From assembly GCA_041686855.1 (NCBI GenBank), contig JAWLDA010000016.1:22527-86526 (forward strand): a stretch of 64,000 nucleotides of DNA, written 5' to 3'. This DNA comes from Limnochordia bacterium. Its GTDB lineage: Bacteria; Bacillota; Limnochordia; DTU080; RSA5. The notes below the pieces were generated by a model. It was not told the DNA's origin and ran no database searches. It saw nothing but the letters and a program-made list of their open reading frames with translations. This document shows, in pieces, positions 30,135 to 39,097 of this stretch. Numbering within the stretch: the first letter of the stretch is position 1; each line of letters opens with the position of its first letter. Position numbers and translations under genes: made by a program.

Positions 30135-30518
30135 TCACTTTTCACCCCGCATCGAACGTATGAGGCGCACAGTATCACCCATGTAGGTGATCATCTCAGA
30201 GGTGACCCCGATGAGAGCGCCCAGCATCACGTACACACCGAAGCCATATGCAACAAAAAGCGTTATAGCCGACAGAAGCATGCGAACGAGCGAGTACTTA
30301 AGGATTCGCCCTTGCATCACTTGGGGACTGTCGCCTTTTGACTGCATCGCCTTTGCCATGAGGTAGTAATTGAACATGCCTACAGGCGAGGCACACAGTG
30401 CGCCCCAGGCAATCTGCGAATTGCCAACTGCAAATGCTATCAGTGCGGCAATTCCGGCAGTTGCGCCAATCCACCGGAGGCGCCCCAGTCGGTACCTCTC
30501 AGCAAGGATCTGATTCAC
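30135..30518 (-). CDS. atpI: ATP synthase protein I
   Basis: 127-aa, 4-TM protein directly upstream of atpB. Confidence 0.7.
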   Translation of the reverse strand: MNQILAERYRLGRLRWIGATAGIAALIAFAVGNSQIAWGALCASPVGMFNYYLMAKAMQSKGDSPQVMQGRILKYSLVRMLLSAITLFVAYGFGVYVMLGALIGVTSEMITYMGDTVRLIRSMRGEK

Positions 30519-30539
30519 GACATGTCCCTTTCTCCGCCT

Positions 30540-30869
30540 CTACCTTGGTTCCTTCGGGTTTTTGTTACTTTTTTCACGATCCATTCCACGGGGCGATTCC
30601 TTCTCCACTTCGTCCCCGTCGACCTTGGCATTCTTAGAGCCGAGGAGCTCTAAGATATTGGTAATCAAGGTCTTAATGCTTAGTGCCATGCCGCCGAGCA
30701 GCCCTACCAGCAAAAAGATCGGCGCGCTGTCAAAGCGTTGGTCGAGGTAAGTGCCACCTTTGTATCCTAAATAGAAATAAATCGAGGTGGTCAAAACCCA
30801 CGAAATGCCGATACTTCCGTACTTGGCGTACTCAAAATACCCCTTATTCTTCATGGGCACGGCTAACAT
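30540..30869 (-). CDS. atpZ: AtpZ/AtpI-family small membrane protein
   Basis: About 105 aa with 2 TMs (YGSIGISWVLTTSIYFYLGYKGGTYLD..). It is the first gene of the atp cluster. Confidence 0.65.
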   Translation of the reverse strand: MLAVPMKNKGYFEYAKYGSIGISWVLTTSIYFYLGYKGGTYLDQRFDSAPIFLLVGLLGGMALSIKTLITNILELLGSKNAKVDGDEVEKESPRGMDREKSNKNPKEPR

Positions 30870-30914
30870 TATACTGGATCGATTTTACCATTGCAACACC
30901 TCTTCTTGCGCGGA

Positions 30915-32084
30915 TCAAGCCCGGAAATCCCCAGGTCGAGGGCCTAATCCAAAGACGTGTGCCAGCCCTTCACGGACCCTATGGGCCGCTTTGCCGTCGC
31001 CGTACGGATTCACCGCCTGTGCCATCTTCGCATACTCCGACCCATCTGACAAGAGCCTGACGGCCGCCGCGTAGATCGCATCAGTTCGAGTCCCCACTTT
31101 CAAGCACGTCCCCGCAGCGATACCCTCGGGCCGCTCCGTAGTCTCGCGCAGCACCAACACAGGCTTCCCTAGAGCCGGTGCCTCCTCCTGCAACCCACCC
31201 GAATCCGTCAAAACCAGTGTCGACGCGGCCAATAAGTGCACAAACTCGCGATACCCCGGTGGTTCGACCAGCCTGATGCGTTCCACACCGTGCAAGAGCC
31301 GATACGCGATGTCCCGCACGGTGGGGTTTTTATGTACGGCAAAAACCACTTCTACATCGTCAAATTCGCGGACGAGACGCAGGAGCGCTTTGTAGATGCG
31401 TTCGAGCGGCGGCCCCCAGTTCTCTCGTCGATGGGTCGTCACAACCAGAAGGCGTCGGCCGGACGCGACCGCTTGTGCCACCTGCTTGTCCGAGAAGGCG
31501 TACTTTGACGCCAGTGTTTGAAGCAAGGCATCGACAACCGTGTTTCCCGTTAGAAAGATTTGCTCCGGGTCCACGTTCTCCCGGAGTAGATTCTCCCGTG
31601 CACCGGCCGTTGGAGCAAAATGCCATGTGGCAAGGGCGCCCGTCAATCGCCGGTCCATCTCCTCGGGAAACGGATCGTACCGATCCCGAGTGCGCAAGCC
31701 CGCTTCGAGGTGGCCGACCGGCACCTTTTTAAAGAAGGCCGCAAGCGCAGCAGCAAAGGTCGTGATTGTATCGCCGTGTACCAGCACCACGTGCGGCCGA
31801 GTAGCTTCGAGCAGAGGGCTGAGATGGCTTAGTATTCCAGTGACGACGTCCTCGAGGGATTGCCCGTGTCGCATGAGGTCAAAGTCGTAGGTGGGATCAA
31901 TGGAGAATACCCGCAGGACCTGATCGAGCATGTCGCGGTGTTGGGCCGTCACCGCGACCTCGAGCTCAAACCGGTGGTCAGCATTCAACGCCTGCACAAC
32001 GGGGGCCATCTTGACGGCCTCGGGGCGGGTGCCAAAGACTGCCAAGCAACGGATCGGCTCCACTCCTGGACCACCTTTCTCCAA
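30915..32084 (-). CDS. wecB: UDP-N-acetylglucosamine 2-epimerase (non-hydrolysing)
   Basis: AVFGTRPEAVKMAPV.. and ..DSGGLQEEAPALGKPVLVLRETTERPEG. Confidence 0.9.
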   Translation of the reverse strand: MEKGGPGVEPIRCLAVFGTRPEAVKMAPVVQALNADHRFELEVAVTAQHRDMLDQVLRVFSIDPTYDFDLMRHGQSLEDVVTGILSHLSPLLEATRPHVVLVHGDTITTFAAALAAFFKKVPVGHLEAGLRTRDRYDPFPEEMDRRLTGALATWHFAPTAGARENLLRENVDPEQIFLTGNTVVDALLQTLASKYAFSDKQVAQAVASGRRLLVVTTHRRENWGPPLERIYKALLRLVREFDDVEVVFAVHKNPTVRDIAYRLLHGVERIRLVEPPGYREFVHLLAASTLVLTDSGGLQEEAPALGKPVLVLRETTERPEGIAAGTCLKVGTRTDAIYAAAVRLLSDGSEYAKMAQAVNPYGDGKAAHRVREGLAHVFGLGPRPGDFRA

Positions 32085-32107
32085 GTGCTGCGTTTAACAG
32101 CGACGGG

Positions 32108-33148
32108 TTAAAGCGTGTGGCGAGTGGTTGACGCGGCGACGGCGGAACCGCTGACACGGACGGCAAACAGGGTCGTTGCCACCAGGATTACCGCTAACAT
32201 CGCCAAACTTCCCCACGCACTCATTTGCGTCGCCAACAGCGAACCGATCCCCATCGCGATGCTCACGGCATAAAGCGCTAGGACGGCCTGCCTGTGACTT
32301 AGACCGTGTGCGAGGAGTCGGTGATGCAAGTGATCTGCGTCGGCCTCATAAATGGGTCGGCCGGCTACCAAGCGTCGTCCGATCGACAGACACGTGTCAA
32401 AGATCGGCAGCCCCAAGGCCAGCACGGGAACCACAAAGACGAGTGCAGTCGGGCCTTTCAAGGCGCCTTCGACGCTGATCGCCCCCAGCACGAAACCTAA
32501 GAACATAGCCCCGGTATCGCCCATGATGATGCGAGCCGGATTGAAATTGTGCGGCAAGAAACCAAGCGTTGCGGCAGCGAGCGCCGCAGTCAGTACGGCG
32601 GCGTCGCCACGACCGAGCGCCAGGGCTACGACAAAGAGCGGAACGCACGCGATCACCGAAACGCCGGCGGCCAATCCGTCGAGTCCGTCGATGAGGTTTA
32701 CCATGTTAGTGAGGGCCACCATCCAAACAATCGTTAGGAAGACGCCCCACCCGCCTATATAGATGGACGCTCCCGTCAAGGGATGCGTCACAAACTCGAT
32801 CTGCCCGCCCCAGAGTACAAAGAGCCCCGCCGCGAGCAACTGGCCACCCGCCTTTTGATACCACGGCAACTCTCTCGCGTCGTCAAGCAGGCCCAACACC
32901 AGGATGATCGTTGACGTGACCCAGAGCGGCCAGAGGTGCCCCAAAGGCTCTACCACCGTAAACGCCGAGAGCCAGAATGCGGCGTAGATCGCCAGTCCGC
33001 CTCCCTTGGGCATTGGAACGGCATGCATCCGTCGCTCCCCCGGCTGGTCGACCAGTCCCGTTCGAGCCGCGAAGCGGCGGACGAGCGGCGTGGCAACGAA
33101 TGCCGCGGTGAAAGCGATACAAAATGTTATGAAGAGATGAGTAGCCAC
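32108..33148 (-). CDS. MraY/WecA-family polyprenyl-phosphate N-acetylhexosamine-1-phosphate transferase (TagO/WecA-like)
   Basis: About 11 TMs; NMVNLIDGLDGLAAG and DTGAMFLGF motifs. Confidence 0.85.
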   Translation of the reverse strand: MATHLFITFCIAFTAAFVATPLVRRFAARTGLVDQPGERRMHAVPMPKGGGLAIYAAFWLSAFTVVEPLGHLWPLWVTSTIILVLGLLDDARELPWYQKAGGQLLAAGLFVLWGGQIEFVTHPLTGASIYIGGWGVFLTIVWMVALTNMVNLIDGLDGLAAGVSVIACVPLFVVALALGRGDAAVLTAALAAATLGFLPHNFNPARIIMGDTGAMFLGFVLGAISVEGALKGPTALVFVVPVLALGLPIFDTCLSIGRRLVAGRPIYEADADHLHHRLLAHGLSHRQAVLALYAVSIAMGIGSLLATQMSAWGSLAMLAVILVATTLFAVRVSGSAVAASTTRHTL

Positions 33149-33219
33149 GGCGCTCCTCCCACTTAAAAGTGAATGGACAATTCTACAATTTACATCTTAA
33201 GTGATGAGGAAAAGCCATG

Positions 33220-33849
33220 TCAATGCGCGGTACCAAACAGACGATCGCCCGCGTCGCCCAAGCCCGGGATGATGTACGCATTTGAATCGAGGTGAGAATC
33301 GATAGCGGCCACGAAGAGACTAACGTCGGGATGGCGGGCTTGGATCGCCGAGACACCTTCTGGGGCTGCAATTAGAGCGATGAGCGCGAGGTCGCGCGCC
33401 CCCTTCTCCTTGAGTAGCCCTAAGGCCTCACCTGCTGATCCTCCCGTAGCGAGCATGGGGTCAATTACCAGGGTCTTTCGGCGCTCGAGCTGCGATGGCA
33501 GCTTACAGTAGTAGGAGTGCGGCGCATGCGTTTGGGGGTCTCGCTCTAACCCTATATGTCCCACAAGCGCGTCCGGCAACACCTCTAAGGCGGCCTCTAC
33601 CATGCCCAATCCCGCTCTGAGGATCGGGACGATGGCAACACTCTCCGACTGGGCTCGAGTCCCCTCGGCGGGCCCCATGGGCGTCGTCACTTTGACCGCT
33701 TCGGTGGGAAGGCTCTCCGTCACTTTGTACATCATGAGGCGTGTCATCGCACGCAACGAGGCGCGCCACTCGGCGATCGACGTCTCAACGGAGCGCAGAA
33801 GCGTGAGGTGATGGCGTACTAATGGATGGTCAACGACACAAATCGCCAT
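33220..33849 (-). CDS. upp: uracil phosphoribosyltransferase
   Basis: VVDHPLVRHHLTLLR.., VIDPMLATGGSA. Confidence 0.95.
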   Translation of the reverse strand: MAICVVDHPLVRHHLTLLRSVETSIAEWRASLRAMTRLMMYKVTESLPTEAVKVTTPMGPAEGTRAQSESVAIVPILRAGLGMVEAALEVLPDALVGHIGLERDPQTHAPHSYYCKLPSQLERRKTLVIDPMLATGGSAGEALGLLKEKGARDLALIALIAAPEGVSAIQARHPDVSLFVAAIDSHLDSNAYIIPGLGDAGDRLFGTAH

Positions 33850-33855
33850 ACGACA

Positions 33856-34320
33856 TCACCTCTTGATCGATTCGTTGATTCTCTCGATGCGATTTAGTTT
33901 CTCGACGCGCGCGCCGTGACGCCCGCCTTCAAACTCGGCGGTGAGCCAAGTGCGAACGATCTCCTGAGCAAGTCCGACACCGACCACCCGCGATCCCAAA
34001 GCCAAAACATTGGCGTCGTTGTGGGCGCGGCTCATCTTGGCTGAGAACGTATCATGGCACAGCGCGGCCCTTACGCTCGGTACCTTGTTGGCGGCGATGG
34101 AGATTCCGATGCCGGTTCCACAGATCACGACGCCCCTTTGGACCCTCCCGGTCGCGACGGCGCGACCAACACTCTCACCAAAGTCGGGGTAATCCACCGA
34201 ATCCAACGAATGGGTACCTAAATCGAGCACCTCTATGTCGAACTCGCGGAGCACCTCCAGTACCGCCTCTTTGAGCGCAAACCCGGCGTGATCACATCCT
34301 AAAGCCACTCGCTGTGCCAT
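33856..34320 (-). CDS. rpiB: ribose-5-phosphate isomerase B
   Basis: RVALGCDHAGF.., VICGTGIGISIAANK. ATG at 34320 follows GGAGGA. Confidence 0.92.
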   Translation of the reverse strand: MAQRVALGCDHAGFALKEAVLEVLREFDIEVLDLGTHSLDSVDYPDFGESVGRAVATGRVQRGVVICGTGIGISIAANKVPSVRAALCHDTFSAKMSRAHNDANVLALGSRVVGVGLAQEIVRTWLTAEFEGGRHGARVEKLNRIERINESIKR

Positions 34321-34416
34321 CAAACATTCCTCCAGCGTCATCACTCAGGCCTACTTATTTAGGCCATGCCTGTCCTCAACCATGGGGCTCCATTTATCTT
34401 CGTCACGGCCAATACC

Positions 34417-34905
34417 TTACCGGCGGCGCTCAGTGGCCAACCGTCTCACGGCGTTTACGACGGCCTTGTCGATCTCGCGCAGTGTTGCCAAATACACCGC
34501 GTCGTCCTGACCAAATGGGTCGGAAACATTGAAACTGCCGCTCATCCGTGCATACTCTCTTAGCGTGTATAGATTAGGGGCTGCGTGTGGGTACCTGAGA
34601 ATGATCTCGCTCTTGTGTGCCTCTGTCATGGTCAAAATGAGGTCCGCAGCCGCCATCTCTTCATCAAAGGGGAGCGCCGCATGACCATCGAGCGAGAGCC
34701 CCACTGAACGAGCCGCCTTCACCGCGCCCTCTGCGGCTCCGGCGCCAGCTACTGCTTGCAATCCCGCCGAACGCACCTGTACCTCGACGTCCCTGAGGGC
34801 AGGTTCGGCCTGTACACGACGGTCAAAAAGAGCAGCAGCCATCGGACTGCGACAGGTGTTGCCGGTACACACAAAGACTACCTGGATCTTCTCGCCTGAT
34901 CCCAT
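34417..34905 (-). CDS. low-molecular-weight phosphatase (YwlE-type protein arginine/tyrosine phosphatase)
   Basis: VVFVCTGNTCRSPMAA (CX5R(S/T) P-loop). It occupies the ywlE position between rpiB and mntP. Confidence 0.85.
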   Translation of the reverse strand: MGSGEKIQVVFVCTGNTCRSPMAAALFDRRVQAEPALRDVEVQVRSAGLQAVAGAGAAEGAVKAARSVGLSLDGHAALPFDEEMAAADLILTMTEAHKSEIILRYPHAAPNLYTLREYARMSGSFNVSDPFGQDDAVYLATLREIDKAVVNAVRRLATERRR

Positions 34906-35002
34906 GAGGCTCCAGTCTCCCAGCATATTACTTGGTGCTACCCTGTGTCTAGGCCAAGGCGCTTATTCACTTCCACGGCAAGGAATCCATCCCTTCTCCC
35001 CA

Positions 35003-35635
35003 TCATACTCCCTGTAGGAGCCCATGCAGGGCAATCGCAATAAGTGTTACGCCCCCAACCGGTTGTGCGACACGCCCTACGCCATTGCCAAGGTGTTGGC
35101 CCATGAGCAGGCCCGTGACGGAGAGCATTGTTCCCGCCGCCACCATGATCACCGCCACGTGCACGAGCTCGACACCCTCAAACATTCCTGTCCCAAACCC
35201 TGCAGAGAAGGCGTCCGCGTTCACCATGAACGCTATCGCCAATAGCCCGCCTACACCATGCCCGACGGGACGTTTCCTTTCCGATCTAAACGAGGACGCA
35301 ACGAGGTTCACCCCCACAGCCAACAGAACACAGCTGCCGATCATGGCGAGTAACCAGTGCACTTCCTCGTGAACCGCTTCCCAGTAGATCCAATCTGCAT
35401 GTATCTGTCGGATAAACTCCGTGTGGTGTAGCGCCCAGTGCACCATTGCCGCGATGAGATATCCCATGATAAAGAGCACACCTTGCACCACGCCAAACAT
35501 TGAGACCGCAGCCACACTACGACGCGACCGCGGCGCTTCGATTCCAAGCCCGACACACACCGAGAAGCAATCCGCTCCCAAAGCAATGGCTAAACCCGCA
35601 ATCTCCAACGCACCCAAACCGACGGCTCCTTTCAT
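35003..35635 (-). CDS. mntP: manganese efflux pump MntP (DUF204 repeats)
   Basis: 210 aa with 6 TMs; N-terminus LAIALGADCFSVCVGLG. Confidence 0.8.
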   Translation of the reverse strand: MKGAVGLGALEIAGLAIALGADCFSVCVGLGIEAPRSRRSVAAVSMFGVVQGVLFIMGYLIAAMVHWALHHTEFIRQIHADWIYWEAVHEEVHWLLAMIGSCVLLAVGVNLVASSFRSERKRPVGHGVGGLLAIAFMVNADAFSAGFGTGMFEGVELVHVAVIMVAAGTMLSVTGLLMGQHLGNGVGRVAQPVGGVTLIAIALHGLLQGV

Positions 35636-35694
35636 CCTATAGAGGATTGTTCCAGTGTATGGGAAAATAAGGTGGTTTCGAACAGGGAATACTC

Positions 35695-36000
35695 TTGCGC
35701 GAAGGAGGTGTTGTGCACGTGGCGAGGCGTTACTTATGTCCGGCTTGCAGAAGCAATCGCAAGGACTTTGAGATCGTGTACAAGCTAATCCAAGAGGTGC
35801 AACTCGATGCGGTCTCCGGCGAGCTTCTCTTCCAGTCGGACGAACTTGCGACCCTCATTCGTTCGGACGGTCGCCCCGACTTAGACGTCAGGTGCGGTCG
35901 CTGCAGATATACAGGGTCGGAGTCGAGCTTTAGGAGAGCGGCCGAGCGCGACGATTCGGAGTACCGCCCGCACCAGCCGCTCACATCTCGGCGATCATGA
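35695..36000 (+). CDS. small 4-Cys (zinc-ribbon-like) protein, unknown function
   Basis: CPAC...(about 50 aa)...CGRC, with coding-like GC3. GAAGGAGG lies upstream of GTG 35713 or 35719, which are the likely real starts. The antisense ORF 35730..36008 looks like noise. Its 3' end overlaps the convergent PIG-L/GNAT gene by 20 nt. Confidence 0.55.
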   Translation: MREGGVVHVARRYLCPACRSNRKDFEIVYKLIQEVQLDAVSGELLFQSDELATLIRSDGRPDLDVRCGRCRYTGSESSFRRAAERDDSEYRPHQPLTSRRS

Positions 36001-37987
36001 TCACCCACTCACCCTGGCTGTCTCGAGTCTTCCCGACGGGCAGGAAACCGAGTTTCTCGTAGAGACGCATAGCCGGCCGGTTCCAAGGTCGCACTTCGAG
36101 CCGAACCCGGTGAATCCCCATATCGTCAAACCGGCGCATGGCGTGTGTGACAAGGCTCGTACCAATCCCACGAGACTGCGCTGCGTGTGAGACGGCGATG
36201 GAGAGGATCCGCGCTTCGGCCGAGAGATCGCCTCCGACCGACGAGCGAACGAAGTGGAACTTGTCAAGCAAGAGCACCCGCAACGGCGCAATCCCCAGCC
36301 GTATGTGGCCTTTTAACCACTGGATCACCCAGCGAAGCAAGTGGCCCTTGCGTATCGCTGTGCGCCACACACGCTTTAGAGATGAAGGCGCGTAAACGTA
36401 GCCCTGTACTCGCCCGTCTTTAAGAGCGACCAGCAAGGCATCGGGTTCAGCATCGTAACACAAGCGAAAGACTTGGCGGATGAGGCGCTGCGGAGGCAGG
36501 CGGCCAAATAGATGCAGGATACTCTCGCGGAAGCATTCAGCAAAAATCTGAGCACATGCCGACAGATCCGCCGGCGACGCCACGGCGCAAAGACTCGGCG
36601 CCTCGGAGATCGCGTCAGTCGTTGCCTCGTCGTTCACCTTTGACGTCCCCCTGGAGGGCACCCGGACATAGTGAAGTCCCGTGCGATCGACCGAGATGCC
36701 CCGCGTACGGGTCTCTACACTTACAAACAATCCATTGTGAACATCGAGAAGATCGAGAGGAACACCGACTTCCAGCGATGAGTCGCGGGGACGCACAACC
36801 ACCTCGCGCATTGGACGCCACATGCCTTCCAAGCGAACGGAGGCTCGATGCGGCGGACGGATTCTCATGTGAATACCCTCACGTCTCGGCGACGGGAAGA
36901 GCGATACACGATACTCCACCTCTGCGACCGGACGACGTGCGAGCCCGATATCTAGAGCAAGCAGCGATCCGGCGCGCACAGCATTCACCCACGCGACGTC
37001 GGCTGACCGTTCAACTTGCCGGGTGATGGTGTCGCGAATGGGATCGAGAATGATCGGCTGGACGTTCGACCTTCCAAAGGTAGCGCCAAGCACGTGTGAA
37101 CCGCCGGCGACGCTTTTCACCTGCGGGTAGTTCGGTCGGGCAAACACTTCGTTTTGTCCGACAAAACTGAGTAAGAAACGTCCGACCAGCGGGAACTGAC
37201 TGCGATACATGGCGATCGCCGCCTGCTTTTGCGCCGCATGCACGGGATCGGCCCGTACCTCCTCCCACACTTCTCCTAGCGCGGCTATTGCAGGGGGCGG
37301 TTTGTGCTCCCGATGAGGATTGAGCCCTCTTGGAGCAGGCCATCCACCGCGATGGACCAAGTAGAGGTGTCGCTGACACGCTTTGACCCACGAGTGACCG
37401 AGCAGCGCCAACTCCTCCAGAGCGCAGGTCACAAAGGCCGAGCATGCAGCGTGATCTCCGTGGGCGTCTTTAGGGTGAGGGTAAATCAGGTGGGTCGGCC
37501 GCACGCGTTCCAACACGTACATTAAATCACTCAAGAGTTGCTCACCTGCGTACGGAGCAAACGGGGTAGCCACGTTTTCGTACGGAGCATAGTTTACCGA
37601 CGTAAACGGAGATGTAAAAGGATCGGACCGCCTCCAGTGATCGCTCCAAAGAGCAAAGAGGCCACGGTCAGGGTAGCCGAGGAAGGTGACGCTCGTTGGG
37701 CCGATGCCGATGCGCGCCAGCGCACGCAAGCTCTCGTGACTGCGTCGGACGCCGAGGTTAAGGCGCCGGGAGCTCGCGCCCATCACCGCCCGCGGCGTGG
37801 CCATCACCCCGAATGCGTCGCCGTGTGTCACCAGGAGCACATGGATACTCGCCTGCGCGACTACGCCGGCCTGGAGGAGCAGACCGGCGGCAATAAGCTC
37901 GTCGTCCGGATGGGGCGCGACAACCAACACACGATCCGAGGCGTTCAACGGGATCGCGCTTTGGATTGTGCCCTGCCCCTTACCCAC
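35981..37987 (-). CDS. fusion protein: PIG-L/LmbE-family deacetylase + beta-rich middle domain + GNAT acetyltransferase
   Basis: VLVVAPHPDDELIAAG and HPKDAHGDHAA (PIG-L motifs). The C-terminal GNAT core is ILSIAVSHAAQSRGIGTSLVTHAMRRF..RLEVRPWNRPAMRLYEKLGF. The track ORF reaches 38095, but GTG at 37987 avoids a 116-nt overlap with tsaC. Confidence 0.75.
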   Translation of the reverse strand: MGKGQGTIQSAIPLNASDRVLVVAPHPDDELIAAGLLLQAGVVAQASIHVLLVTHGDAFGVMATPRAVMGASSRRLNLGVRRSHESLRALARIGIGPTSVTFLGYPDRGLFALWSDHWRRSDPFTSPFTSVNYAPYENVATPFAPYAGEQLLSDLMYVLERVRPTHLIYPHPKDAHGDHAACSAFVTCALEELALLGHSWVKACQRHLYLVHRGGWPAPRGLNPHREHKPPPAIAALGEVWEEVRADPVHAAQKQAAIAMYRSQFPLVGRFLLSFVGQNEVFARPNYPQVKSVAGGSHVLGATFGRSNVQPIILDPIRDTITRQVERSADVAWVNAVRAGSLLALDIGLARRPVAEVEYRVSLFPSPRREGIHMRIRPPHRASVRLEGMWRPMREVVVRPRDSSLEVGVPLDLLDVHNGLFVSVETRTRGISVDRTGLHYVRVPSRGTSKVNDEATTDAISEAPSLCAVASPADLSACAQIFAECFRESILHLFGRLPPQRLIRQVFRLCYDAEPDALLVALKDGRVQGYVYAPSSLKRVWRTAIRKGHLLRWVIQWLKGHIRLGIAPLRVLLLDKFHFVRSSVGGDLSAEARILSIAVSHAAQSRGIGTSLVTHAMRRFDDMGIHRVRLEVRPWNRPAMRLYEKLGFLPVGKTRDSQGEWVIMIAEM

Positions 37988-39089
37988 TGGGAATCCCCTC
38001 AAGCAAGGCACGGAGCGTTGTCCCACGCGCCAGCACCTCATCGGCCTGGAGGAGACTCCCCTCCGCAGCACGCTGCAGTCGATCCGCCACCGCACGCCCT
38101 AGGCCCGATCCGTCAATGCCTTCGGCCACTATCACCTCCGGCGCTCCCGCGTCCAGATAGCGCAACCCGGCATACAGGCGACGAGCCACGGCGTCCGGAT
38201 TGCCGAGTGGCCCCAACACGTAACAGAGTCGATCACTCGGATCGATGTTGAGAAGGTTCGCCGCCTCTTGAGTGAGGAGGAAGCCCGCGCGCCGGCCTTT
38301 GTCTTTAGCGTCTCGATAGAGTTGGCTCAGTGCGTGTACCACCGTGCGCCGATCACCGATGAGCACGTACAGAGGAGCGTTCGGCGCGTAGTGACGATAC
38401 TTCAGCCCTGGTGACCGGACGGGCTGGCCGGTGTCAGTCTCCCGCAGCTTTGTCGCAACCTCGACATCCCCGAGGAGGCGTTCGAGCGACTCGAGGGGAA
38501 GCCCTCCCAACCTCAGGACACACGGTATCGGTGTCGTGAGATCGACAACGGTCGACTCGAGCCCCACCCCCGTCTCCCCCCCGTCGAGGATCGCATCGAT
38601 CCGTCCGGCCAGGTCGTGCCACACGTGCTTCGCACTCGTGGGACTCGGACGACCCGATAGATTGGCACTGGGAGCGGCTAATGGGCCGTCAAAGCGCTCC
38701 AGCAAAGCCAACGCCACTGGATGATCGGGCACCCGGACTGCGACGCTTTGCAGTCCGCCGCTCACTTCATCGGGCACCTCGGCGCTCTTGGGTAAAACCA
38801 ACGATAAGGGCCCTGGCCAAAAGGCGTCTGCCAACATGTGTGCCTGCGTCGCGACCGACTCAGCCAATGAGAATGCACGCGGCGCATCCGCCGCGTGCAC
38901 GATCAACGGGTTGTCGGACGGTCGACCTTTCGCCGCATAGATCGAACGTAGAGCCGTCCCGTCGCGTGCGTCAGCCCCTAACCCGTAAACTGTCTCCGTG
39001 GGGAACGCAACCAGCCCTCCCCGGCGCAAAATCTCCGCCGCTTCGTCGATTGCTTTGGCCGCTGTCGCCAGGTCCGTCGCCGAGAGCAT
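37980..39089 (-). CDS. tsaC: L-threonylcarbamoyladenylate synthase (Sua5/YwlC long form)
   Basis: GGLVAFPTETVYGLGAD.., a YrdC domain plus a C-terminal Sua5 domain. ATG at 39089 (MLSATDL..) lies just after the prmC stop. The longer track ORF overlaps prmC. Confidence 0.9.
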   Translation of the reverse strand: MLSATDLATAAKAIDEAAEILRRGGLVAFPTETVYGLGADARDGTALRSIYAAKGRPSDNPLIVHAADAPRAFSLAESVATQAHMLADAFWPGPLSLVLPKSAEVPDEVSGGLQSVAVRVPDHPVALALLERFDGPLAAPSANLSGRPSPTSAKHVWHDLAGRIDAILDGGETGVGLESTVVDLTTPIPCVLRLGGLPLESLERLLGDVEVATKLRETDTGQPVRSPGLKYRHYAPNAPLYVLIGDRRTVVHALSQLYRDAKDKGRRAGFLLTQEAANLLNIDPSDRLCYVLGPLGNPDAVARRLYAGLRYLDAGAPEVIVAEGIDGSGLGRAVADRLQRAAEGSLLQADEVLARGTTLRALLEGIPSG

Positions 39090-39097
39090 TCGGGTCC

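Noticed and set aside
35636-35760. Expected yybP-ykoY Mn2+ riboswitch upstream of mntP
   Set aside because: The minus-strand leader lacks the conserved GGGGAGUAG and UUGACAUA cores. The region is instead occupied by a plus-strand coding sequence.
37538-38251. 237-aa plus-strand ORF across the PIG-L/tsaC junction
   Set aside because: It is antisense to two motif-supported genes and has a Arg/Pro-rich composition.
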